DNA from: an uncultured Verrucomicrobiae bacterium
GTDB taxonomy: Bacteria > Verrucomicrobiota > Verrucomicrobiia > Limisphaerales > Palsa-1400
Length of the DNA: 64,000 nt
NCBI GenBank assembly: GCA_963764165.1
Contig: CAVXRD010000001.1
Location: forward strand, 96,001-160,000
Direction of reading: 5' to 3'
Within the stretch, counting starts at the first letter, position 1. Each line of letters opens with the position of its first letter. Below, in pieces: positions 10,015 to 19,498 of this stretch. The notes under the pieces were generated by a model. That model searched no databases. It was given only the letters and a program-made list of their open reading frames with translations, and had not been told where the DNA came from. Both the position numbers and the translations under genes were made by a program.

Positions 10015-12623
10015 GAGCGTCCCTCAATTTCAAGGAGAAGCAATTGCGCCTCGCGAAAACGCGGCGTGTCTTCAAGCGCTTGCAAAACATGCCGTTTCGC
10101 CTCGGCTTCCGCGCCCCCCCGGGCGTGAAGAAGGCGGGCAAGTTGGAAATGAACTTCCGCCGGATCGGGCGGGTCGAGCAGCAGCATTTTTTGATATGCG
10201 GCAATTGAAAGATCGCGCTGTCCCATTGCGTCACCGGCTTTGCCCAACGCTTCATACGGGGCCGGAATCAGCGGGTCGACTTGAAGCAGCAACTGGGCAT
10301 ATTTCGCGACGGATTGCCAATCCTTGCGGTCAACACCAATGTCAATTAAACGGCGATAGAGATCGACGAAATCCGATTCGTGCTCGGCCAATCTTTGGAG
10401 TGTGGCATATTCGGCGTTGGTCTCGAAAAGATTTCGCTCGGTCACGGCCAGAAGCCAGAGAGGATTTTCGGCGCGACGTTCGCCAGAATATGCATCGGCT
10501 GCCGCAGCCAGCAATGGTTTCGCAGCAGCCCAATTCTTATCCTCGATAAAGCCACGGGCGCGGGACATCAGCGAATAATAATTATTGGCATGCGCCATGT
10601 TCCATGTGTCAGCCGAACCATTTGTACGCGGATCGGATCCTGCCGGTGCCGGCCCGCCGGTACGCCGACGAAACAGCGTGTCTTCATCGATTGGAGACGG
10701 TTCCCCTGCCGCCCCCATTTCGGCGGGCGGCTTTTGCAGATCCGCCTTCGGGGCGAGCGCATTGGCTTTCTCGCGGGCGAATTCGGAAAACTTCAATTCC
10801 AAATTCGCCATTGGCATCGTGCGGGCCGCGATGCTTTCGTTGATTTCCTTTCCGTCGCGCAAGTCTTGCAGGATCGATTTGAGCGTGTCGAAGCCGTGTT
10901 GCTGCACTAAAAATTCCACCACCAGCGAGCACTCATAATAGGCGAACAGCAAATCTTCGGAACTTTTCGGCGACAAAAACGCGCCGCTCAATCTGCTGAT
11001 CGGAGTCAATTTGCCTTCGCGAATCATCTCGCGGTATGCAAGATTCATCCGCTCGCCCCACGTCGGATTTGCCTGGCGCTCTTCGTAAACGGAAATCCCC
11101 TCGCTCAACCAGCGCGGCATGCGATTGCGCGTGTCGGTCAGCGTGATGACGTGGCAGAATTCGTGCCACAAAACGTCCTCCCAATTGGCGGGATTCGGCT
11201 CCTGCGAGGCCGGGCTGTTGGCCGTGATGACAGAACCAAAACACACGCCGAGATAACCGGGGTTGCCCGGCATGCCAAATGTGCGCACGGCAAAATCCTT
11301 CTGCTCGGGGAAAATTTCGACCTGTGTCACGTTGGTCAGCGTCACTCCATATTTGGCGGACAGAGTTGCCTTGGCGCGGTTCAACAAATCCAACACGCGA
11401 TCTCCGTAAAGCGCGGCTTCGTGGGCTGTCATGCGAACGGCGAAATCCGCGTTGGTCAGCGTTTGATACTTGGTCATCTGGTCGTGGAGCTTGACCAAAT
11501 TGTAGAGCGTGACGTCGTAACTGTCTTGATTGTGAGCATCCTGCGCCAAGTCCCAGCCCTCGGATTCGCGGCCGAGGCGCAGCAAATCTTCCGAAAGTTC
11601 ACGGCGCGCCGGGAGATAAGTGGGACTGAATTCCAATGCATGTTTTTGCTCGGCCGCAGCTTCGTCGAATCGATATTTCCGCGCGAGCTTTTGGCCAATT
11701 AGGTAATCCACTTCCGGATTGCTCCGCCAAAACTCAAGCGCTGCCTGCCGATCCTTTTCGAATTCGACTGTGTCATTCCTCAACTTGGCCAACACCGCGC
11801 GATACGCCCAAGCCTCTGGACAATGAGGGTTCACCTTGAGCGCGGCGGCGAGTTGCTCTTCGGCCTGCTCGTATTCCTCAGCGTCGATCATGCGGCTGGC
11901 GATCATCAAGAGGCTGGAGACCTGGTGCGGATTACCCTCCAGCGAGGCCTCGAGGTGCTGGAGCATTTCCTTCTGGTCGCCGGATTCGAAAGCTTTGGCC
12001 AGCCCGGATTCCATGTCGGGATCGTTCGGGAATTTCTTCAAGCCGAGCTGGAAGGCATCGGCTGCCATCGCGTAATCATGCTTTTCCAGGGCGAGATTTC
12101 CGGTGTCCAGGAACGCGTCACGCGGCGGGTTTTCCACTCGTTCGGCGGGGCGGAAACAATTATCGAGCACCAAACGAGGTTCGACACCGAGCAGCAGCAA
12201 TGCCTGGCCAAGCGCAGGGGCGTCGTCATTTTGGAAATCAGCAAATCGGCGCTCGATCATCATTTTCATGCGGCTCAGCTCGCGTTGAACCCCGGCGGAA
12301 TCGTTTTGATACATGGCCGTTTCGCGGGCGAGCAAATGCAGGGAAAGATTGTAGGAATCAGCCGCCACGGCGGCAGCATTGGTGTGAGCCTCCGCGTAAC
12401 GGCCAGTGGCCATCAGCGACTTGATGAGCATGATGCGCCACGCGTCCTGGTAGGCGCCTTGGGCGACTTTTTTCCGGGTGATTTCGATGACTTTGTCGTA
12501 ATCGCCGTGGAGAAGTTGCTTCTCCGTTTCGTCCACGGTTTGTGCCGATGCGGCAAGCGCCAGGAAGAAAAAAATGCTCCCCAGTCCAAGCCATTTCGAC
12601 AACGAGACGACGCGGTTCGGCAT
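10011..12623 (-). CDS. Exported TPR-repeat protein with a central gluzincin (HExxH...E) metallopeptidase-like domain
   Basis: Signal peptide after ATG 12623, multiple TPR-like helices, and WEDVLWHEFCHVIT...PRWLSEGISVYEE. Confidence 0.8.
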   Translation of the reverse strand: MPNRVVSLSKWLGLGSIFFFLALAASAQTVDETEKQLLHGDYDKVIEITRKKVAQGAYQDAWRIMLIKSLMATGRYAEAHTNAAAVAADSYNLSLHLLARETAMYQNDSAGVQRELSRMKMMIERRFADFQNDDAPALGQALLLLGVEPRLVLDNCFRPAERVENPPRDAFLDTGNLALEKHDYAMAADAFQLGLKKFPNDPDMESGLAKAFESGDQKEMLQHLEASLEGNPHQVSSLLMIASRMIDAEEYEQAEEQLAAALKVNPHCPEAWAYRAVLAKLRNDTVEFEKDRQAALEFWRSNPEVDYLIGQKLARKYRFDEAAAEQKHALEFSPTYLPARRELSEDLLRLGRESEGWDLAQDAHNQDSYDVTLYNLVKLHDQMTKYQTLTNADFAVRMTAHEAALYGDRVLDLLNRAKATLSAKYGVTLTNVTQVEIFPEQKDFAVRTFGMPGNPGYLGVCFGSVITANSPASQEPNPANWEDVLWHEFCHVITLTDTRNRMPRWLSEGISVYEERQANPTWGERMNLAYREMIREGKLTPISRLSGAFLSPKSSEDLLFAYYECSLVVEFLVQQHGFDTLKSILQDLRDGKEINESIAARTMPMANLELKFSEFAREKANALAPKADLQKPPAEMGAAGEPSPIDEDTLFRRRTGGPAPAGSDPRTNGSADTWNMAHANNYYSLMSRARGFIEDKNWAAAKPLLAAAADAYSGERRAENPLWLLAVTERNLFETNAEYATLQRLAEHESDFVDLYRRLIDIGVDRKDWQSVAKYAQLLLQVDPLIPAPYEALGKAGDAMGQRDLSIAAYQKMLLLDPPDPAEVHFQLARLLHARGGAEAEAKRHVLQALEDTPRFREAQLLLLEIEGRS

Positions 12624-12764
12624 GTCGTAAGACAGATACGCCCGAATTGGGGCTTTATCAATGCGCAATCAAACGCGAAGTTTTATGAGACGCATGCAAC
12701 TTATAGGACGCATGGGGCTGCGCGCGAATTTTACCGCAGCGTGGCATGGACAGCGCCTCAACCC

Positions 12765-12790
12765 GGACGCCTCGGCGGGGCGTCCCTGCC
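12765..12790. repeat. GTAG-family REP-like hairpin (single copy)
   Basis: GGACGCCTCGGCGGGGCGTCCCTGCC is near-identical to the arms at 32201-32229 and 32274-32302. It lies just after the GH16 stop. Confidence 0.65.
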
Positions 12791-12795
12791 TAAAT

Positions 12796-14364
12796 TCAGG
12801 GCGAAACCAGCCGGTAAAACGCCTCCGTCGGAGAAAGCGGCACTGAATACGGCGAAGCGGCTCCCGGCACATTTGCCCAAACCGCCGACGAATCGAGGCC
12901 GTTGGAAGATTCAAGATGGCATACGATGTTTGTCGGCCATGTTAACGAAAGCTGTCCAGATTTGACGGTTGCGCTCAATTGCAAGGGCGCGGTCAAATTG
13001 TAGAGCCGGACATAATCCACCTGCATTTCGGCGGGGAAAGTATTGGAATTAATGGAGGCAGTCGAAGGATTCCCCACATAATTTCCTCCGACGGCAAGAT
13101 TCATGATTATAAAGAATGGCTGGTTAAACGGCGTGGGGTATGAGCCGACAGAGCTGGACCAATTGGTTTGCGTTTCGTAGCGAATTCCGTCCACAAACCA
13201 GCTCACCGCGTTGGTGGTCCACTCCAACAGATAACGATGAAAACTGGTCACCGATCCGCTGGGGAGCGTGTAAATTTGAGTTTCGTCACTGCCCGAATGC
13301 AGGCTGCCCTGAACGTTGACGGGCGTGCTGCCGTTGTTCTCGACGACATCGATTTCACCGCAGCCAGGCCACGAAACTGAATTAATATTCGCGCCGAGCA
13401 TCCATAGGGCCGGCCAGAAACCGGTGCCGGCTGGAAAGCTGGCGCGCCATTCAAAGCGGCCATATTCCGCCGAGAAGAGGCCTTCGGTCTTCATCCGGGC
13501 CGAGGTGTAATTGAAACCGTTGGTGGATTGCTTTAGCGCTCGAATGTGAAGCAACCCATTCGACACGTAGGCGTTTTGCGTTGAACCGGTGTAGTATTCC
13601 AGCTCGCTATTTCCCCAGCCATTGTTGTTGCCCAAATCGTAGGTCCAGACAGAGGTGTCAACGGAAGTGCCGTTAAATTCGTCGCTCCAGACCAGGTTCC
13701 AATTCCCCTGTGGCTCGCCAGAAATTTGGGTCAACGTCATATCATCGAAATAAACGGAACCCGCGCTGTTGGCCGCGTCTCCCTGGAACGTGATCTGAAA
13801 TCGAACAAAGCTGGTGCCCGCCGGCGCGATCAGGAGATTTGTGGTTCCGATCAGCGCATACGAGTTCGGATTGTATTGGTTCGTGACAGCCAAGTTCACC
13901 CATGCGTTTGTGGCGAAACTTCGTGATTTGATGGCGTTGGTGGTGATGGCGGATGAACGATAGACGGCGATGACGTTCTGACTCGCGTCCCGAAATGAAA
14001 CCTCCAACCACGCCGCATTCTGGCCCGCCAGGGCATCGCTGCTCAGGGTATATGCCCACCCGTTGGCCGAGTAAACAACACCGGGACCGGAAACGTTGTC
14101 TTGATAAACCCCACTGTAATTCGCTGAGGCGATGAACTGCTGATATACCTTCAGGTAATTGGTTCCGCTGTGGGCAACGGCGGCAGAACTTTGAACCGAG
14201 ACATTCCCAATGGTATTGCCGTAAGAATCCCACGGTGACACATTCGGCCCCAATTCAAAGCCTTGATTGGTCAGAACGTTGCTGGCGCAGGCCAAAGGGC
14301 CAACGCCGAAAACTGCGGCCAAAAGAATCGTCCTCAACAAAGAAAAAAACAGACTCTCACGCAT
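12796..14364 (-). CDS. Secreted GH16 glycoside hydrolase (beta-1,3-glucanase/laminarinase-like) with an N-terminal CBM-like domain and a C-terminal beta domain
   Basis: WSDEFNG, GWGNSELEYYT, YTSARMKT, FWPALWMLG, catalytic GEIDVVE, MQVDYVRLY. Signal peptide from ATG 14364. Confidence 0.9.
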   Translation of the reverse strand: MRESLFFSLLRTILLAAVFGVGPLACASNVLTNQGFELGPNVSPWDSYGNTIGNVSVQSSAAVAHSGTNYLKVYQQFIASANYSGVYQDNVSGPGVVYSANGWAYTLSSDALAGQNAAWLEVSFRDASQNVIAVYRSSAITTNAIKSRSFATNAWVNLAVTNQYNPNSYALIGTTNLLIAPAGTSFVRFQITFQGDAANSAGSVYFDDMTLTQISGEPQGNWNLVWSDEFNGTSVDTSVWTYDLGNNNGWGNSELEYYTGSTQNAYVSNGLLHIRALKQSTNGFNYTSARMKTEGLFSAEYGRFEWRASFPAGTGFWPALWMLGANINSVSWPGCGEIDVVENNGSTPVNVQGSLHSGSDETQIYTLPSGSVTSFHRYLLEWTTNAVSWFVDGIRYETQTNWSSSVGSYPTPFNQPFFIIMNLAVGGNYVGNPSTASINSNTFPAEMQVDYVRLYNLTAPLQLSATVKSGQLSLTWPTNIVCHLESSNGLDSSAVWANVPGAASPYSVPLSPTEAFYRLVSP

Positions 14365-14372
14365 GAATACCC

Positions 14373-15284
14373 TTAAGGATCGACGGCAGGGTTCCATTTA
14401 AGGGCGTTGATTTGCGCAAGCTCGTACGGAGTCGTAATTTCAGTCAAACTTTGGTAAAACCAGAGTTCGTTGCCCGCAGTCCAAGTTGTAAACCGATACA
14501 TCGTCTCCACCTTGCACCACCTCGCTGAACCATCCGCAAAGACTTCATTGCCGCCATCGGGAGCCGGAGTGCTTCCCCGGCGATGCGGTGGCCAGTACTT
14601 GTAGGAGGCATCAATGTCTGGAGAAGTAATAAGGGCCTCAGAACCACCCCACTTGCCGCCAATCTTGGCCACCAAATCCGCCGCCAGGCACCAGTACGGC
14701 ATGGATTGGCTCTGTTTGACAGGGCTATGTGTGCCCGTAATGACGTTGGCTGTGGCATTGGGCGTCCATTCGGTGAAGCCGCCCATATATTGGTAGCCAA
14801 TGATCCACTGTGGATAGTCACCTGTGTCTGAGTATGGCAGCCCTGGAATTTCAGGACACGACCAAACACAGGGGCCGTTCGTCACGAACGGGACGCCAGC
14901 CATTTTCACCGCATTGGTCCACATCGAATCAATGGCGTACTGCACGAAGGGAGGGTTGCCTGGCGTGTTGTTATCGTTGTCGCCGGGTTTGGCCGGCACG
15001 TAGTAATCCCGGCTGTCTTGGGCATAGCCCGTCATGCCGACAGCCAACTGGCGCAGATTGCTGAGGCACTTGGTCCGCTGGCCGGCTTCCTTGGCCTTGG
15101 CCAAGGCGGGCAGCAGCATCGCGGCCAAGATGGCGATGATGGCAATCACCACCAGCAATTCGATCAACGTGAATCCGCCAGCGCTGGCGCGCTTCCCTCC
15201 AATCTCAGCCGTCTGCCGTGTTTGGCTCCGCCTCCGTGTGCGGGAAGCGAAGCTTTGGTTCAACTCCATCATGTTAGCTTTCAT
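14373..15284 (-). CDS. Prepilin-type N-terminal cleavage/methylation domain protein (DUF1559-like, H-Xn-DG C-terminal motif)
   Basis: [29 protein letters not shown]...CLSNLRQL, and C-terminal H...[16 protein letters not shown] lies upstream of ATG 15284. Confidence 0.9.
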   Translation of the reverse strand: MKANMMELNQSFASRTRRRSQTRQTAEIGGKRASAGGFTLIELLVVIAIIAILAAMLLPALAKAKEAGQRTKCLSNLRQLAVGMTGYAQDSRDYYVPAKPGDNDNNTPGNPPFVQYAIDSMWTNAVKMAGVPFVTNGPCVWSCPEIPGLPYSDTGDYPQWIIGYQYMGGFTEWTPNATANVITGTHSPVKQSQSMPYWCLAADLVAKIGGKWGGSEALITSPDIDASYKYWPPHRRGSTPAPDGGNEVFADGSARWCKVETMYRFTTWTAGNELWFYQSLTEITTPYELAQINALKWNPAVDP

Positions 15285-15308
15285 TTTGGCGGCCTCCACC
15301 CGGCTTCT

Positions 15309-18300
15309 TTACTGCACTACAACCGAATAATAACCTTGCGTGCCGGTCAATGGTTTTGTGACGGTTACGGTCGATCCAGTCCCTGCAATGGCTGATCCCA
15401 CTGGAGTCCAATTAGGAGGACTGGTCAGGCTGCTCTCATACATGAGCGTATAGTTGTGACCTGCCTCAGTAGGAAATGCAAGACTGAGCTGGCCCGCCAC
15501 AATCGAGGCCGTCACCGTGAATGCGGGCGGCGCTGGAGCCAGCATGAAGAACTCGATGTTCTGGCCGTCGAGCGCTGTTGATTTAAATGTGGTGGCCTGC
15601 CCCGTCGTGTAAACAACAGCCGGGCTGCCATTGCTGTTCAGGAGAGGAATCCAGTGCCAAGCTTGGTAGCCGGTGGCATTGTTGTCCGTGAAGGTGCCCA
15701 ACACGCTGCTGCTCTGGACTGGCGTCCCGACCCCGTTGGTAACAACGCTAAAGCTGTTGGAATAGTTGGCGCTGTTGGCCATGCGAGCCCAGACATACCA
15801 ACCGCCCGCGGGATAGTGGCGCGTGTAATTGAGCCAATCGCCGGCTGAGACATAGCAAAGGTTAAACAGTCCGATGTTGGCGTCGCCCAAAGCCTGTTGC
15901 GCGGCCAGGAATTTGGGACGCAGATAATCCGTCGACACTTGGGCGCCCACTCCGTCTGCCCACCGGTATTGCTCATAACCACCGGGCGAAGTTCCAACGG
16001 TCTGTCCCGCGGCGGCAAAGTTAACGTCAATTCCCTGTTGGGCAATGGCTCCAGCGCCATAGGGATCGATGCTGCTTGTCCAGCCTCCGGGGTAGCCAAA
16101 GTAACTGTTCGTAGCCTCCGTCCCTGCAGGCCCAGGTGAAGTGCCAACCACATCGGCTGTCGGGATCGGATTATCAATGAACAGCCCGCTGTACCAGCCG
16201 GGGCCCGATTCGGCTCCCTGTTGTGGAGGGGTGGAATTGTTGTCGTTCGTGCTGAAGTCGTAGTCAATCGCTTCCCATTGGTAATTATTGACATTGAAGG
16301 TGTCAAAATTAACAACAAGGGAGTTGAACAGCCCAGCCGTGTTCGTAGCCGTGATCACGGCAGAATAAACCGCATTCGACTTGACCGGATAACTGCCAAC
16401 CCATCCACTGCTATTCTGCACCAGGGTCAATCCCGATGTGACATTGGTGCCGTTCAGCGTCAAACCGATGCCACTGCTGAGAATGGTGGAGCCGTTAGTC
16501 GCGTCCACTGTAAAGGTGAAGTGGTTGGTCGCCTCGAACGGATGCACGCCATCCGGATACAAGGATGAAAAAGCCGGCGGACGGACCGTAGCCGCTGGCA
16601 GAAACATCAAAAAGCCAAGGTTGGGATTCTCATTCGGCCCTTGAGAGAGCTGAAAGGTTTGCACACCGCTGCCAATGGTTACCGACAATAGATTCCCATA
16701 GCTGTCCGTCAGGGGAACATATTCAAAGCCGTTCCAGTCATTCTCCGCGAAACTGACAGTGCCAAACTGACCAAGGGGCGTCAGGGTTTGATCTGAGGTG
16801 GTAGCCGGGCTCGGAGAGACCAAGGATAGCTTGGCCTCTGCGCCGCTGCCTTGAACGGCCATGAAGAGCCAAACATTATAGGTGCCAGCCGGTGCCGAAT
16901 CAGTGGGATATCCGCTAGAGCCGAATGTCCTCGTGTAGTTAAACCAATCACCCACGGTGGTGTATCCGATGGCCAGCTCTGGAAAATCATTGACCCCATT
17001 CGTTGTGCCTGTCGATGCCACTGTGTTCTTTTGCTCGCTGACAGTGTCCGGATTGGCTTCAGTTACGTAAGGGGCGCCGGAGAACTGGTCCCTGTAAAAA
17101 AGAGCATTAGGACCTTCACCGCCGCTCTTGTAGAAGTCAACGCCCGAAACCGCGTAGTACGACAGAGTGTTGTAGAGCCATACTCCTCCGTTGGCCGGCG
17201 TATCAAGATATTGACCGCCGTTGTAATTGTAATCAGAAGCTTCAATGACCAAGGCGGGCGCGTAAGTGTCGAAGGCGAGAGCGGCTTTTATGGATTGGCC
17301 CTTGTTATCCAAGGCCGTGACACTAATGCTGTAATGCAGGTTTGTCGTCAGCGGCAAGGTGAGCGTGGCCGATCCCGAGTTCAAGCCCACGACGTTGGTG
17401 CCGCCAAACGCGCCGTTCGCATTGAAGGTCGCGTTGTTGGTCGTGACAAGAGGGGAAGTGAGCTGAGATGTTACAACGGTGACACTAAAACCAGCGATAT
17501 TGTTGGCGGCGGATTGAGCAGTGAACTCGACACTGGTGTTGGTGCACATGGTAAGCGCATTCAGGTTGCTCGTGTAGCTCATGGTTGGAGGAAGTCCCAG
17601 AGGGGGTGGAGGCGGCGTGCCGCTCACGAATTGAAGTTGAAAACCGTCCAAATCACATTCAGAGTTACCGTTGCCAAAAGTAACATCCAGATTCCCGTTG
17701 GCGTCCGCAGTGACTCCGGCAAACTCAACATAGTCCACGCCACTGACAAGGTTGGTGGTGACGTCGTCATAAGTGGAGGTCTGGGTGTTCCCGCCCACCG
17801 TGAAAGTGCTCGTTCTTCCGGCGGCATTGCCCGCACTGTAAAGGTAGAGATTGTAAGTCCCATTGGGCGAAAGGCCGCCGAAATTGAGGGATCCGTATCC
17901 ATCAGCAGCGTTGTTGTAGCTGCTCAAAGCAACCGCCATCAAGGCTGCATACGGTGTGTTTGGGTAGCCCGTGCCAGCGTCTTCCGCGGCAAGGCTGGAC
18001 CATGAAAACGGGCTGGTGCTGCCCCAATTGATCGCATTATTATCAAAGGTTCCACCTGGACCATAAACACTCAACGTAACCGGCGACAAATTGCCATCAG
18101 AATAAGACAAGGTCCCACTGGCATTGGTGTAATGGGCGTCGTTAGGATAACCCCCGTAGCTGGAAGCGGTCAAGCCGTTCCATTTATCACCCGCTGCGCC
18201 AATGGCCGCCGCGCCTGACATTGCGGAAGGCGCAGGGGCATTGCCGCCGCCATAATCCGTATTGATGGAGTCGTCAATAAAATTGCCACTGAGTATGATG

Positions 18301-19247
18301 CCTGGGCTGGACTCGCGAACGCTTTCCAGGTAGTTTGTGGGATTCGCCGGAACACCTGTATCAATGCGAAAATTCTGTATCCAGCCGTCAAAACCGCGGG
18401 CGCCCTCATAGTTTCGGTTGCCGATGACAAGATACGGGGCGGAGCCCAAGGCAACCTTGAGGCCTGGCGCCGATACTTGATTTACCAGCACGGTTGGCGA
18501 CGTGGCTGAGCCGGTATATTGAGATATGTTGGTGCCGTCATACGCCCAAGCCACAAAGTACCATGTGTTGGTTGTAAAATCGCCGGCGGGGTAATTCGTC
18601 GGGGGCGAGCCGGGTCCAAAGGCCGTTGTCAGCGTCGTGGCGCCAATGGAAAAAATGAACTCGTTTTCCTGTTGGAACTTAACGCCGATGGAATTGGCGC
18701 TGCCATCGTTTCCACCGGAGGGGCTAAGAACAAAAAGGCGGGGCAGGACGAACCCGCCGCCACTTGGCGCCTTGACGGGCTGGTTAAACCACATCGATAC
18801 GATAAAGTTGGTAATGGTATTGGCCAGCAACGGATCAGCGAGGTCCGCAACGCAGTTCGCGGCGCTTGCCCCGGTGGGCGGTGTAGTCGCGTTGCCCGGC
18901 TGAGTTCCCCCCTCGCCATTGGTGAGACACAAGGCCCGGGCGCCGTCAAATGCGCCATTGACACCTGAACCGACGGCTCCATGAAAGTCAGACGGCACGC
19001 CTGTGGCGCTATAACCAGTCAGCACGACACCGCCGAGCCCGCCCAAGCTGGTGGAACTGACCGTCGTGTTGCTGCCAGGTGGGTCAGTAAACGGGAAATA
19101 AAGCCAATTGGACGCTTGACCCTGAGTCTGCCCGGGCAAAAGAACAGCCGCTGCGGCGACGATCGCAATCTGGCACAAAGCTTTGGCGCAATTCAATTTG
19201 GAACGAAATAGACGGATCTTGGAAGGACAAGAGTAGGATTTATTCAT
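15309..19247 (-). CDS. Large secreted multidomain protein (LamG-like domain, two Ig+CBM6/35-like modules, C-terminal beta domain)
   Basis: 1312 aa with a signal peptide. LamG-like motifs TWYFVAWAYDG and FDGWIQNFRI. A repeated module has EAxDY...GDW(F/L)NYTR...PAG. No catalytic motif recognised. Confidence 0.65.
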   Translation of the reverse strand: MNKSYSCPSKIRLFRSKLNCAKALCQIAIVAAAAVLLPGQTQGQASNWLYFPFTDPPGSNTTVSSTSLGGLGGVVLTGYSATGVPSDFHGAVGSGVNGAFDGARALCLTNGEGGTQPGNATTPPTGASAANCVADLADPLLANTITNFIVSMWFNQPVKAPSGGGFVLPRLFVLSPSGGNDGSANSIGVKFQQENEFIFSIGATTLTTAFGPGSPPTNYPAGDFTTNTWYFVAWAYDGTNISQYTGSATSPTVLVNQVSAPGLKVALGSAPYLVIGNRNYEGARGFDGWIQNFRIDTGVPANPTNYLESVRESSPGIILSGNFIDDSINTDYGGGNAPAPSAMSGAAAIGAAGDKWNGLTASSYGGYPNDAHYTNASGTLSYSDGNLSPVTLSVYGPGGTFDNNAINWGSTSPFSWSSLAAEDAGTGYPNTPYAALMAVALSSYNNAADGYGSLNFGGLSPNGTYNLYLYSAGNAAGRTSTFTVGGNTQTSTYDDVTTNLVSGVDYVEFAGVTADANGNLDVTFGNGNSECDLDGFQLQFVSGTPPPPPLGLPPTMSYTSNLNALTMCTNTSVEFTAQSAANNIAGFSVTVVTSQLTSPLVTTNNATFNANGAFGGTNVVGLNSGSATLTLPLTTNLHYSISVTALDNKGQSIKAALAFDTYAPALVIEASDYNYNGGQYLDTPANGGVWLYNTLSYYAVSGVDFYKSGGEGPNALFYRDQFSGAPYVTEANPDTVSEQKNTVASTGTTNGVNDFPELAIGYTTVGDWFNYTRTFGSSGYPTDSAPAGTYNVWLFMAVQGSGAEAKLSLVSPSPATTSDQTLTPLGQFGTVSFAENDWNGFEYVPLTDSYGNLLSVTIGSGVQTFQLSQGPNENPNLGFLMFLPAATVRPPAFSSLYPDGVHPFEATNHFTFTVDATNGSTILSSGIGLTLNGTNVTSGLTLVQNSSGWVGSYPVKSNAVYSAVITATNTAGLFNSLVVNFDTFNVNNYQWEAIDYDFSTNDNNSTPPQQGAESGPGWYSGLFIDNPIPTADVVGTSPGPAGTEATNSYFGYPGGWTSSIDPYGAGAIAQQGIDVNFAAAGQTVGTSPGGYEQYRWADGVGAQVSTDYLRPKFLAAQQALGDANIGLFNLCYVSAGDWLNYTRHYPAGGWYVWARMANSANYSNSFSVVTNGVGTPVQSSSVLGTFTDNNATGYQAWHWIPLLNSNGSPAVVYTTGQATTFKSTALDGQNIEFFMLAPAPPAFTVTASIVAGQLSLAFPTEAGHNYTLMYESSLTSPPNWTPVGSAIAGTGSTVTVTKPLTGTQGYYSVVVQ

Positions 19248-19401
19248 ATTTCTCGCTGATTGGGTTAATCTTTGTGCATGACACGCAAGGCAAGGGCGAA
19301 CGCATCTTGCGGGCGACGGCTTTGCTCGTGAATGTATGACGTGTTCATCATGCTTGACGGGTGCTGATGCTGGCTATTGAACCTGAATTCTCAACCTGCG
19401 C

Positions 19402-19421
19402 CATCCCTCTTTCGAGGGATG
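19402..19421. promoter_or_regulatory. Palindromic operator candidate CATCCCTCTTTCGAGGGATG
   Basis: 8-bp perfect inverted arms in the divergent intergenic region; 19/20 identical to 25127-25146. Confidence 0.65.
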
Positions 19422-19498
19422 CGATAGGCTTGACTGGCTACTAGTCTCTGCTTAACCATTGAGTACCTGACACGTCGCAGTCGGCCTTTGGCAATAAA

